Part shown: positions 20,625 through 30,221 of the stretch, piece by piece | How the letters are laid out: every line of letters begins with the position of its first letter | How positions within the stretch are numbered: the stretch's first letter is position 1 | NCBI GenBank assembly: GCA_963697205.1 | Contig: CAVONB010000009.1 | Span: 25,833 to 89,832, forward strand | Length of the DNA stretch: 64,000 bases | Source: an uncultured Alphaproteobacteria bacterium | GTDB taxonomy: Bacteria; Pseudomonadota; Alphaproteobacteria; Rhizobiales; Hyphomicrobiaceae | Reading direction: 5' to 3' | The notes under the pieces: model-generated | What the model was told of the DNA's origin: nothing | The model's input: the letters and a program-made list of their open reading frames with translations, nothing else | Database searches by the model: none | Made by a program: the position numbers and the translations under genes

Positions 20625-21314
20625 ATGCCATCCGACTGGCCAGGAACCGCCTTGCGTCTCGATCATTCGATCGCGGTGTTGACATTCGAGGGCTTGGCCG
20701 CGGTGGCACCGGCTGACCGCATCGCGCGGGTACAGCATCTCCTGCGACGGGCTGCAGGGCGAGACGACATCATCGTCGGGCGGAGACCAAGTGGTCGTCC
20801 CTGCCTCGGGCCGCCGCTCCCAGAGCTTGGGATTTCGGTCGCGCACAGCGGCTGCTCAAGTCTGATCGGTCTTTCCTGCAGTCGCGCTGTCGGCGTCGAT
20901 CTCGAACAGGAGACGAGATTTGAGCGTCTTGATGTCCGGCGACTGGCCCGCGATCACTTTTCGCCCGGTGAGCGGGCAGCAATCGCATCGCGCAAGGATG
21001 CCGAAGCAAAAGCGCTGTTCATGGCGCTTTGGGTGGCGAAGGAATCGATCTTGAAGCTCAGCGGCCGTGGCATAGTCGATGGGCTGGCCATGCCAGATTT
21101 GTCGGGTCATGTGGAGGCGCTGATGTCCGCGCATCTGACCGCGAACCAGCCTATCCCGATCGCTGTCGCCGACCTGTCTCTGATCGTCATCCGCATGGTT
21201 GCGGCGAGGAGGCCAACCGTCGTCGCTGCGCTTTGCCACGCTCAGGATCAAGTGCCGATCGACGCGGTAGGGCCGGAAGCAGCCGCCAGTCCTAGGCTTC
21301 GGTTTGAGCCTTGA
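20625..21314 (+). CDS. 4'-phosphopantetheinyl transferase (Sfp type)
   Basis: Starts 22 nt after the synthetase stop. GVDLEQ and WVAKESILKLSG motifs. Confidence 0.8.
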   Translation: MPSDWPGTALRLDHSIAVLTFEGLAAVAPADRIARVQHLLRRAAGRDDIIVGRRPSGRPCLGPPLPELGISVAHSGCSSLIGLSCSRAVGVDLEQETRFERLDVRRLARDHFSPGERAAIASRKDAEAKALFMALWVAKESILKLSGRGIVDGLAMPDLSGHVEALMSAHLTANQPIPIAVADLSLIVIRMVAARRPTVVAALCHAQDQVPIDAVGPEAAASPRLRFEP

Positions 21315-21482
21315 GGGGTTGCTGAGATCTTCGCGGCGACACCGCCTGCTTCTGGCCCGTCACGTCGGCGGCCTGACGGTCGGTATCGGATCACTTCGAC
21401 CGAAGCCGCGGCAGTTGCGGGCGGCGACACTGAAAGCGCCATCCACCGTGTCGGGTCTCTGGGATATCGCGTCAGCAGAGCA

Positions 21483-21800
21483 AATATCGATCTTCTCTGC
21501 GATCTCTAGGGCGTCATTCACCTCGATGCCGAGGCATGGAACTGTGATCCCGATCTTCGAGCGGCCGAGCAGAAGTTGCACCGCCCTGCCGGTTTTCTTC
21601 GGGCGTCTCGTCACCCGTTCCAGCGAATAGCCGCCCGGCGCGACATCATCGCCTTTGACGGCGACGACATCGCAACCTCGCAATTTACTGCCGGTCGCAT
21701 GTTGAACAACACGAGGCTCCTCGACTTGACCTCGATCTGCAGCTTGGCTCGGCCCCACCGGTGGCTTCGAGCCGACGAGCCTGCCCTTGTTCCAGGGTAC
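21483..21800 (-). pseudogene. Tyrosine recombinase/integrase remnant with internal deletion
   Basis: VPWNKGRLVGSKPP (N-terminal block) and SKLRGCDVVAVKGDDV are joined directly to the C-terminal block RAVQLLLGRSKIGITVPCLGIEVNDALEIAEKIDI. The catalytic core between them is missing. Confidence 0.6.
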
Positions 21801-22064
21801 GCGGGCCGGTTTCACGGCTAGGGGTGGAGGCTGTCCCGTGGATTGTCTCCACGATTCACGGGCAAGCCAAGTTGCGCCCGTCGCCGGCGAGCCGTCTCCG
21901 GTTGAAGCCAAGGCGCCGAGCGCACCAACAATAGCTAGCGGTGTCCGGCCAACGGTGACAGCGCAAGGGGTGGGCACAAAGCGAGATTGCCATCGACAGG
22001 CGTCGGCCTCGGCTGCGACTATATTTTCGTTGACAGCGATGCTCAATTGTCGACAGTCCTTGGC

Positions 22065-22349
22065 ATGCACTCGGGGATCGGTCGCAGAACCAGCAGAACG
22101 GGTCTGGCAGCCATGTTGCTGGCGGCGGTTATGCTGTCGTTTGGTGGCATGTTTGCATCATTGGCGATGGCCTCCACCGTGCAGTCTACGTATGGCGACT
22201 ATCAGCATTGCCATGGGCGCTCGGCCATCGGCGCCGCCAGCACAACGACCTCCCAAGCGCCCGGCCTCATGATGCACGAGCATGCCGTTCACCGGCTTGG
22301 CACCGATCGTGGCCCGTCCGGCGACGTGCCGTCACCCGGCGCAAAGTAA
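22065..22349 (+). CDS. Small hypothetical His-containing membrane-anchored/secreted protein
   Basis: 94-aa ORF with an N-terminal hydrophobic segment LAAMLLAAVMLSFGGMFASLAMA and HCH / HEHAVH clusters. Lies upstream of the metal efflux genes. Weak coding support only. Confidence 0.3.
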   Translation: MHSGIGRRTSRTGLAAMLLAAVMLSFGGMFASLAMASTVQSTYGDYQHCHGRSAIGAASTTTSQAPGLMMHEHAVHRLGTDRGPSGDVPSPGAK

Positions 22350-22586
22350 TTCCATTCGGCCTGCTGTCCACCAGCAGGTTTGGCCGTCCTGCCGCAACTG
22401 GCGCCCGTCGGCGGCCACAGCAGTCCGCGCGATGACAAGCTCGCGCTGGTTGAGGCTCAGGTCCCTGCCGGGCATACCCCGGAAGGGCCCCGCAAGCCCC
22501 CGCGAACGCCCGACCAGGTCTGATAGCGGGCGTGCAGCCATGCTGCGCACCCCGCTGGTGTCGAGCAACCGATTCGGGAATTTCCG

Positions 22587-24242
22587 ATGTCCATCGCAGT
22601 CTCGCTGCAAGCGCAGGCGATCGCCTTGCGTTTTGCCGTCCTCGTATTCGTCCTGCTGGCTCTGCCCGCCGTCGCCCACGAGGGGCATGACCATGGGCCG
22701 CCGGCGCCCGCGCTGCCGACCACGATCAAGCCGAGGCTCGCCGTGCACACCGACACATACGAGCTCGTCGCGATCCGTCAGGGCGCGCGGCTGTCGATCT
22801 TCCTCGACCGCTACGCCACCAACGCGCCCGTCACGGACGCCAAGCTGGCCGTCATGGCTGGGGCCGAGACCTATGCCGCCGAGCCGCGCCCCGACGGCAC
22901 CTACCGGGTCGACGTGCCGAGCCTTGCCGAAGCCGGACGGCACGAGCTGATTTTCACCGTAGCCCATGCCCTCGGCGACGACCTCCTCGCCGGCGAGATC
23001 GTGACCGAGCCGGGGCCGCCCGTCGCGCCGCCCCCCCCAAGCCCCGACGGCCACTCTGCGCAGACGTGGTGGGCCGCAGCGTTGGCCCTCGTCGCGGGCC
23101 TCGCACTCGGCAGCCTGGTGCGACGGCGGGCCGCCGCGCCTCTCCTGATCGCTGCCGTCGCCTTGGCGTTGTCCCCGCCTGCAGCCCAAGCACACGAGGG
23201 CCACGCGCTGAGCCCCGCACCGGCAAGCGAAAGCCTGTCGGGAGATATTCCGCGCCGGCTGCCGGACGGCAGCGTGTTCCTTCCGAAACCGACGCAGCGG
23301 CTGCTGTCGATACGCAGTCAGCTCGCCGTGGAGGCGGAAGTGCCGCGCAGCACCCGCCTAGTCGGTCGGATCATTGCCGATCCCAACAGGTCCGGCCTGG
23401 TGCAAAGCATCGCCGGCGGGCGCGTCAGCGCGCCGGCCGGCGGCTTGCCTCTGCTCGGTCAAACCGTGCGAAAGGGCGAGACCCTGGCGACCGTGACGCC
23501 CGCGCTGCCGCTGGCCGACCAGTCGACGCTGCTCGAAAAGCAGCGCGAGCTGGAAGGTGCGCTTCTGCTCGCACGCCAACGCCTCGCCCGCCTGACGCGC
23601 CTCGAAGCGACCAGTACGCCACGGGCGCAGATAGAGGACATCGACCAGGAGATCGCAAATCTCGAGCAGCGCCTGGCAAGCCTGAAAGCGGCCAAGATCA
23701 GCCCGGAAATCCTGGAGGCGCCGATCGACGGCGTCGTCTCCGCCACGCGCGTAGCGATCGGTCAGGTGGTGCAGGGCCAGGACGTGCTGTTTCAGATCGT
23801 CGATCCTGCGCGCCTATGGGTCGAAGCGCTCTTGTTCGATCCGCTCGACCCCGCGCGCATCGAGGAGGCCAGCGCGACCATGCCGGACGGCAAAGTCGTG
23901 CCGCTCGTCTACAAGGGTCGCGGTCGCGCCGTGCAGTCGCAGGCGGCCCTGATCCAGTTCGCGATGACTGCAACACCCGCAAGCGCGCTGATCGGGCTGC
24001 CCGTGACCGTGCATGCCAGGAACGCGCAGCGCATCAAGGGCATGCTACTGCCGCGCGACGCTGTGGTGCGCGGTCCGGCCGGCGAGAGCATCGTCTGGCA
24101 CCATGTCGACCCCGAGCGCTTCGTCGCGCGGCCCGTTCGCATTGTGACCTACGACGGCGCGCAGGTGGTGGTAACGGCTGGCATCACAGCCAATGACCGG
24201 ATCGTCGTGCATGCCGCCGAGCTCATCTCGCAGGTCAGGTGA
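22587..24242 (+). CDS. RND efflux periplasmic adaptor (HlyD/CusB/CzcB family) with an extra N-terminal periplasmic module
   Basis: 551 aa. The C-terminal ~330 aa is a typical membrane-fusion protein with a coiled coil and beta-barrel blocks. The N-terminus has signal peptide + HEGHDHG + a ~130-aa domain, then two TM segments before the adaptor part. Confidence 0.85.
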   Translation: MSIAVSLQAQAIALRFAVLVFVLLALPAVAHEGHDHGPPAPALPTTIKPRLAVHTDTYELVAIRQGARLSIFLDRYATNAPVTDAKLAVMAGAETYAAEPRPDGTYRVDVPSLAEAGRHELIFTVAHALGDDLLAGEIVTEPGPPVAPPPPSPDGHSAQTWWAAALALVAGLALGSLVRRRAAAPLLIAAVALALSPPAAQAHEGHALSPAPASESLSGDIPRRLPDGSVFLPKPTQRLLSIRSQLAVEAEVPRSTRLVGRIIADPNRSGLVQSIAGGRVSAPAGGLPLLGQTVRKGETLATVTPALPLADQSTLLEKQRELEGALLLARQRLARLTRLEATSTPRAQIEDIDQEIANLEQRLASLKAAKISPEILEAPIDGVVSATRVAIGQVVQGQDVLFQIVDPARLWVEALLFDPLDPARIEEASATMPDGKVVPLVYKGRGRAVQSQAALIQFAMTATPASALIGLPVTVHARNAQRIKGMLLPRDAVVRGPAGESIVWHHVDPERFVARPVRIVTYDGAQVVVTAGITANDRIVVHAAELISQVR

Positions 24243-24251
24243 GGTGCCGTC

Positions 24252-27200
24252 ATGTTCAATTTCCTCGTCACCAAGAGCCTCCAGAACAGGTTGTTGGTCA
24301 TCGCAGCGGCCATGCTGTTGGTGCTCTATGGCGCCTTCGTGCTGCCGAAGGTGCCGGTCGACGTCTTCCCCGACCTGAACAAGCCGACCGTCACGATCAT
24401 GACGGAGGCCGAAGGCCTCGCGCCCGAGGAGGTCGAGCTCAACGTCACCAATCGCATCGAGACCGCCATGAACGGTTTGCCGGGCGTCACGCGCGTACGC
24501 TCTGTCTCCGGCATCGGCCTGTCGATCATCTATGTCGAGTTCGAATGGGGCAGCGACATCTGGCGCAACCGCCAGCTTGTCGCAGAGCGGATGACCTCGA
24601 TCGGCAGTCAGCTGCCGCCGGGCATCACGCCGCAGATGGGACCGGTGACGTCGATCATGGGCGAGATCATGCTGATCGCGCTTCAGTCGGAGACGGTCTC
24701 GCCGATGGAGCTGCGCGAGATCGCCGACTACACGCTGCGCCCGCAACTGTTGACCATAGCCGGCGTGTCGCAGGTGATCCCGATCGGCGGCGAGGTGCGC
24801 CAGTTCCGCATCTCGCCCATGCCGGGCGCCATGCGCGCCGCGGGCGTATCGGCCGGCGAGATCGAGCGCGCGGCCCAACGCTTCGGCCAGAATGTCGCCG
24901 GGGGCTTCGTCGATCAGCAGGGCCGCGAGTTTCTCATCCGCGGCGTCGGCCTGACGCGTCGGCTCGATGACCTACGCAACGTTGTCGTGTCGACCCGTGA
25001 CGGCCAGCCGATCCTGATGCGGCAGGTGGCAAGCGTGGAGTTTGCCGCCCGCGTGAAGCGTGGCGAGGCCGGCTACCAGGGCAAGCCCGCCGTCATCGTC
25101 TCGGTCCAGAAGCAGCCAAACGCCGACACGATTGAACTGACGAAGCGCATCGAAGCCGTGCTCGAAGCTATGCAGGCGACATTGCCGCAAGGTGTCTCGG
25201 CCGACAACGTGCAGTTTCGTCAGGCGACCTTCATAGAGACGTCGATCGCCAATCTGAAATCGGTGCTGATCGAGGCGACCGCGGTGGTCGCCGTCGTGCT
25301 GTTCCTGTTTCTGATGAACTGGCGCGCCACGGTCATCTCTTTGACCGCCATCCCGGTCTCTATCCTGACCACGATCGTGATTTTCTCGCTGTTCGGCCTC
25401 ACCATCAACACGATGTCGCTCGGCGGACTGGCCATCGCGGTCGGGGAGCTGGTCGACGATGCCGTCGTCGACGTGGAGAACATCCTGCGGCGGCTGCGCG
25501 AGAACCGGGAGCGCGCCAAGCCACGTCCTGTGCTCGACGTGGTCGCCGCTGCCAGCCAGGAGGTGCGCTCCGGCATCGTCTACGCCACCGCGATCGTCAT
25601 CCTTGTGTTCGTGCCGCTGTTCGCGCTTTCGGGAATCGAGGGGCGCCTGTTCTCCCCGCTTGGCGTCGCCTACATCATCGCGATCCTGGCCTCGCTCGTC
25701 ACCGCCGTCACTTTGACCCCCGTAATGGCCTACTACCTGCTGGGAATACGAGCGAACGCGCATCGTGGCGACAATCCGCTGGTGCGGACGCTTAAATCGG
25801 CGAACCGCTCGGCCATGCTCTTCGCGTTCTCCAATCGTGCGTTGGTGCTGATGCTGGCCGCCGGTGCAGTAGCCGGCGCGGTGCTCGCCGCCCAATCCTT
25901 GCCGCGCAGCTTTCTGCCGCCCTTCAACGAGGGTACGCTGACGGTGAACGTGCTCTACGATCCCGGCATCAGCCTGAAGGAATCGAACCGCCTCGGCCTC
26001 GTCGCCGAGCAGCTCTTGCTCGGCGTGCCCGAAGTGAAGTCGGTCGGCCGGCGAACGGGGCGGGCGGAACTCGACGAGCACGCGGAAGGCGTCCACTCAT
26101 CCGAGATCGACATCGACCTCGTGCGCTCGGCCCGCTCCAAGGCAGAGGTCCTGGCCGACATCCGCCTGCGGCTGTCGGCGCTGCCCGTCGCGGTGAACGT
26201 CGGCCAGCCGATCTCTCACCGGCTCGATCATCTGCTTTCCGGCATCCGGGCCGAAATCGCGCTCAAGATCTATGGCGAGGATATCGACACGCTCCGCACG
26301 CTGGCGGAGGCGTTCCGCGAGCGGTTGTCGGCGCTGCCAGAGCTGGTTGACCTGCAGATCGAAAAGCAGGTGCGCATTCCCCAGGTGCGCGTCGCGGTCG
26401 ACTATCAGCGGGCCGCCCTCTACGGCCTGACGGCAGCCTCGGTCACGGAAGCCCTCGAGACGCTGTCGGCCGGGCGCGTGGTCTCGACCATCGCCGATGG
26501 GCTGAAGACATTCGAGGTCGTTGTCCGCCTCGCCGATGCCGACCGCTCCACCGCGGGGCTCGGTGCCATGCTGATCTCCACCCCTGCCGGCGTGATACCG
26601 CTGCGGCTCGTCGCCGACATCGAGGAGACCGAAGGACCCAACCAGATCCAGCGCGAGAACACGCGGCGCAGGATCGTCGTGTTCGCCAACACCGCCGACG
26701 GCGCCGATATGGCGCGCGTCGTCGCAGCCATCCGCGGCGAGATCGCAAAGGCAACGCTCCCTTCCGGCTATGCGGTGGCGCTCGAGGGCACGTTCGCGGC
26801 GCAGGAGCAGGCGTCCAAGCTGATAGGCATGCTGTCGCTCGTCTCCCTGGCGCTGATCTTCCTCATTCTGGCCTCGCGCTATCGCTCGGCCGTGCTGGCA
26901 CTCGTCATCATGGGAATCATTCCGATGGCGCTCGTCGGCAGCGTCGCCGGGCTGTACATCGCTGGCCAGCCGCTGTCGGTGGCCTCGATGATCGGTTTCG
27001 TGACGCTGGCGGGCATTACCGCGCGCAACGGCATTCTCAAGATCAGCCACGCGATCAATATCGCGATTGCCGAGCAGCTGCCGTTCGGGCCGGATCTCGT
27101 GATCCGCGCGAGCCTGGAGCGGCTGACGCCCGTACTGATGACGGCATTGTCAGCCGGCCTCGCCCTGCTCCCCCTGCTGTGGGCGGCCGATGCGCCCGGC

Positions 27201-27374
27201 CGCGAGATCCTGCACCCGGTCGCCGTCACGATTTTCGGCGGCCTTGTCTCCGCGACACTTCTGGACCTGGTCCTTACCCCGCTTCTGCTCCTGATGCTCG
27301 GGCAATCCGCCGTCACGCGGCTCGCGCAGGGGGGCGCCGCGAGCGCCGGTCTAAAGCCCGCCGAAGCTTACTGA
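24252..27374 (+). CDS. CusA/CzcA family heavy-metal efflux RND transporter
   Basis: 1040 aa with a 12-TM RND layout. N-terminus [27 protein letters not shown] and conserved blocks [16 protein letters not shown]. Confidence 0.92.
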   Translation: MFNFLVTKSLQNRLLVIAAAMLLVLYGAFVLPKVPVDVFPDLNKPTVTIMTEAEGLAPEEVELNVTNRIETAMNGLPGVTRVRSVSGIGLSIIYVEFEWGSDIWRNRQLVAERMTSIGSQLPPGITPQMGPVTSIMGEIMLIALQSETVSPMELREIADYTLRPQLLTIAGVSQVIPIGGEVRQFRISPMPGAMRAAGVSAGEIERAAQRFGQNVAGGFVDQQGREFLIRGVGLTRRLDDLRNVVVSTRDGQPILMRQVASVEFAARVKRGEAGYQGKPAVIVSVQKQPNADTIELTKRIEAVLEAMQATLPQGVSADNVQFRQATFIETSIANLKSVLIEATAVVAVVLFLFLMNWRATVISLTAIPVSILTTIVIFSLFGLTINTMSLGGLAIAVGELVDDAVVDVENILRRLRENRERAKPRPVLDVVAAASQEVRSGIVYATAIVILVFVPLFALSGIEGRLFSPLGVAYIIAILASLVTAVTLTPVMAYYLLGIRANAHRGDNPLVRTLKSANRSAMLFAFSNRALVLMLAAGAVAGAVLAAQSLPRSFLPPFNEGTLTVNVLYDPGISLKESNRLGLVAEQLLLGVPEVKSVGRRTGRAELDEHAEGVHSSEIDIDLVRSARSKAEVLADIRLRLSALPVAVNVGQPISHRLDHLLSGIRAEIALKIYGEDIDTLRTLAEAFRERLSALPELVDLQIEKQVRIPQVRVAVDYQRAALYGLTAASVTEALETLSAGRVVSTIADGLKTFEVVVRLADADRSTAGLGAMLISTPAGVIPLRLVADIEETEGPNQIQRENTRRRIVVFANTADGADMARVVAAIRGEIAKATLPSGYAVALEGTFAAQEQASKLIGMLSLVSLALIFLILASRYRSAVLALVIMGIIPMALVGSVAGLYIAGQPLSVASMIGFVTLAGITARNGILKISHAINIAIAEQLPFGPDLVIRASLERLTPVLMTALSAGLALLPLLWAADAPGREILHPVAVTIFGGLVSATLLDLVLTPLLLLMLGQSAVTRLAQGGAASAGLKPAEAY

Positions 27375-27397
27375 TCGTCGACCACGAGGAGAGACAG

Positions 27398-27787
27398 ATG
27401 CTGACGAAACGAACACTGGTGGCCGGGCTGACGCTTGCGGCGATCGCCGCGCTCGTGGCACCGGCATCGGCCCACGAGAGCGAGAAGGGCCCGAACGGCG
27501 GGCCGATGGTGGAGGTGAAGGGACTGCATCTGGAGTTGGTCGCGAAGGATGGGGAACTCGCCGTCTTGCTCAGCGATGCCGGCCATGCGCCGCTCGCCAG
27601 CAAGGGCGCCAGCGCCCGCGCCGTGATCCTCGAGGGCGGCAGTCAGAGAACCGTGCAGCTGGCGCCGGCGGAGCCCGACCGGCTCAGCGCAAGGCTGGAC
27701 AAGCCCTTGGCGAAGGGTGCCCGCATCGTCGTCTCGGCCAAGCTCGCAAGCGGTCAGGATCTGCTGGCGCGTTTCGTCGTCAAATAG
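27398..27787 (+). CDS. Small periplasmic protein, paralogous to the N-terminal module of the adaptor at 22587
   Basis: ATG 27398 after AGGAGAG. Signal peptide ending ASA-HESEKG. By-eye similarity to adaptor residues ~30-150. Confidence 0.6.
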   Translation: MLTKRTLVAGLTLAAIAALVAPASAHESEKGPNGGPMVEVKGLHLELVAKDGELAVLLSDAGHAPLASKGASARAVILEGGSQRTVQLAPAEPDRLSARLDKPLAKGARIVVSAKLASGQDLLARFVVK

Positions 27788-27839
27788 CGACCCGCAAACC
27801 GATGGACCTTCTCAAACCAAACGCAAGGAAACGAGGCCA

Positions 27840-28316
27840 ATGTCGAAGTCGCCCATCCTGATCGCGCTGCTGGCGCTGCTCACGATCACGCCCGTTCAAG
27901 CGCACGGGCCGTCCGGCCACGGCGATCACAAGCATGCCGCCTATGGCGTGCCCGGCGATCCCGCAAAGCCCTCGCGCGACATCGTGGTCCTTATGAAGGA
28001 GGCCGACGGTCGGATGCTCTTTGAGCCGTCCCTGATCGAAATCCGCAAGGGTTAGCAGATCCGCTTCCGGCTTGAGAATGTCGGTGAGCTCGCTCACGAG
28101 TTTCTGCTCGGAACGGCTCAGGAGATCGAGGAACACGCCGACATGATGAAGGCGATGCCCGAGATGAAGCACGACGATCCCAACGCGAAACAAGTGGCGG
28201 CGAAGGCGAGGGGCGATCTCCTCTGGCGGTTCACGGAAGCGGGCGAGTTCGATTTCGCCTGCCTGATTCCCGGCCACCGCGAGGCTGGCATGTTCGGCAA
28301 GATCGCCGTCAAGTGA
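27840..28316 (+). pseudogene. Cupredoxin (plastocyanin-like) copper-binding protein interrupted by an in-frame TAG
   Basis: Signal peptide + HGPSGHGDHKH. In-frame TAG at 28053-28055. The same frame stays open to TGA 28314-28316 and encodes the type-1 copper ligands (HEF ... FACLIPGHREAGM). Confidence 0.75.
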
Positions 28317-28508
28317 TGAGAGGGCGCGGGCGTCAAGGTGTCGAGCGCCGTGCCGGCCCACAGCCGCCCAGCTGCCCGCGGTCCATGGGCAGCTGTGGTC
28401 GACTTGGAACGGCCGCCTTGACGCACTCCGCTCGCGAAGCTGCTGAAACAGGCTTGTCACACAAATCAGCCAGGATCCATCGTACGTCACCGGAGGGACC
28501 GCCCACAA

Positions 28509-29681
28509 ATGATGGATCAGCTCGCTGGGATGCTGCTGTTCTTCGCCGCCGCCGCGACCGCAGCCCACCTCGTGACGACCGCCTTGATGATGCGACGCGT
28601 ATACACCAGCCGCCTCATCCCCGCGAAACGGTTTCGCGACGTTTCCGTTTCGCTCCTCCGTCCCATCTGTGGCCTGGAGGATTGCGAGCGGGAAACCCTG
28701 GCGTCGACGTTTGCCCTGTCACATGTGCCACTGGAAACGATTTTTTGTTGCGAGGACGCGGCGGATCCTGCCATCGCGCATATCGCGCACGTGCGCCCTC
28801 AAGCCGACACGTCCTCTCGGATTCTCGTGGGGCGCCAGACCGACGGACCCAACCCGAAACTCAACAATCTGTTGAAGGGCTGGCGAGTGGCATCTCACGA
28901 CTGGGTTGTTCTGGCCGACAGCAACGTCAGTCTTCCAAGGGAGACGATCGCCCATCTGTTGCAGACGTGGCGCGCCGACACCGGCCTCGTGTGTGCGCCG
29001 CCAATCGGTGACAACCCCAACGGCTTTTGGGCGGCGGTGGAATGCGCCTTCCTGAATACGTACCAGGCCCGCTGGCAGTATGCGGCTGACGCCTTCGGTT
29101 ACGGCTTCGCGCAGGGCAAGATCATGCTGTGTCGACGCGGCCTCGTTGACCGCGCGGGCGGATTGCAGGCGCTGAGCCGCGAGCTGGCGGAGGACGCCGC
29201 GGCGACCAAACTCGTGCGCGAGGCGGGGCTACGGGTTCGCCTCAGTGATCCAGTGTTCAGACAGCCACTCGGCCATCGCTCTTATGCGCAGGTGATCAAC
29301 CGTCAGCTTCGCTGGGCGCAGTTGCGGCGTCTGTCGTTCCCGATGCACTTCGCGCTGGAGGTCCTCACCGGAGCGCTGCTGCCTGTCATGGCCGGATCAA
29401 TCGGTGCCGGCCTGACAGGGGGAGATGCGCTGCTGACCGGCTGCGTCATGGCAAGCGTATGGTATGGCGCCGAAGCTGTCCTGGCGCGCTACGCGAAATG
29501 GCCGTTGGCGATCTGGAGCCCCTTGGCGTGGCTCGCACGTGATCTGCTGATACTGGTGATCTGGGCTCGTGGCTGGACGACGCGCGTTTACGAATGGCGC
29601 GGCCATACGATCGTCATCAGCAGAAGAGGCGCAGGTGAATTGGTCGAGCCACCGATCGATGCCGGTGCCCGTGCAACCTAG
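28509..29681 (+). CDS. Glycosyltransferase family 21 (ceramide glucosyltransferase / processive lipid glycosyltransferase-like)
   Basis: 390 aa, membrane-anchored. SLLRPICGLE, NPKLNNL, LADSNV and QLRWAQLRR (Q-x-x-RW) blocks. Confidence 0.8.
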   Translation: MMDQLAGMLLFFAAAATAAHLVTTALMMRRVYTSRLIPAKRFRDVSVSLLRPICGLEDCERETLASTFALSHVPLETIFCCEDAADPAIAHIAHVRPQADTSSRILVGRQTDGPNPKLNNLLKGWRVASHDWVVLADSNVSLPRETIAHLLQTWRADTGLVCAPPIGDNPNGFWAAVECAFLNTYQARWQYAADAFGYGFAQGKIMLCRRGLVDRAGGLQALSRELAEDAAATKLVREAGLRVRLSDPVFRQPLGHRSYAQVINRQLRWAQLRRLSFPMHFALEVLTGALLPVMAGSIGAGLTGGDALLTGCVMASVWYGAEAVLARYAKWPLAIWSPLAWLARDLLILVIWARGWTTRVYEWRGHTIVISRRGAGELVEPPIDAGARAT

Positions 29682-29741
29682 CCTAGGTTGCGGACACCAA
29701 GAGCATGGACCCGCAGCGAACGGAAGAGGAGTGGCAACGCG

Positions 29742-30170
29742 ATGAAGGTAGCACTTGTCGAGGACGACGAGGCCATCGCTTGCCTGCTGCGTTACAATTT
29801 CGAAGTGTCTGGCTGGATCGTGGAGCTTTTCCAGACTGGGCACTCCGCTTTAGAGGGCCTCCATTGCGCAAAACCTGATCTGGTGGTCCTCGACTGGAAT
29901 CTGCCGGGACTGTCGGGAATCGAGCTGCTGCGCCGCCTGAGGGCAACACCACACACGCGCACTCTGCCCGTGGTGATGCTGACCGGGCGCTGTGAACCAG
30001 CCGACCGGACGCGTGCGCTTGAGAGCGGCGTGGACGCGTTCTTCTCAAAGCCGTTCTCTGTTTCCGTGCTCGTGGACGACATCACGCGTCTCCTGCAGTG
30101 CAGGATCGCGGCCACTCATGGTCACGCGTCACCGCCAATGGAGACGTGCCCAACGGGCCCTGCACGCTGA
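29742..30170 (+). CDS. Single-domain response regulator (CheY-like receiver)
   Basis: ATG 29742 after GGAAGAGGAG. VEDDE acidic pocket, phospho-acceptor context LVVLDWNLPG, and MLTG ... KPF. Confidence 0.8.
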   Translation: MKVALVEDDEAIACLLRYNFEVSGWIVELFQTGHSALEGLHCAKPDLVVLDWNLPGLSGIELLRRLRATPHTRTLPVVMLTGRCEPADRTRALESGVDAFFSKPFSVSVLVDDITRLLQCRIAATHGHASPPMETCPTGPAR

Positions 30171-30221
30171 ACACCCACGCGCGTTGTCTGTCACGTAGCT
30201 GCAATCAGAATCCCCTACGGC

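Noticed and set aside
21300-22100. tRNA or tmRNA gene expected next to the integrase remnant.
   Set aside because: No cloverleaf-compatible sequence or T-arm GGTTCGAATCC-type motif was found on either strand.
22282-23204. ORFs 22282-22950(+) and 22332-23204(-), overlapping the start of the efflux adaptor gene.
   Set aside because: The products are Pro/Arg/Ser-rich and low-complexity, and they overlap the well-supported adaptor frame.
28053-28055. Programmed recoding (pyrrolysine or suppression) of the in-frame TAG in the cupredoxin gene.
   Set aside because: There is no pyl machinery or recoding signal in view, and the lineage is not known to use it. A simple nonsense mutation or base-call error is more parsimonious.
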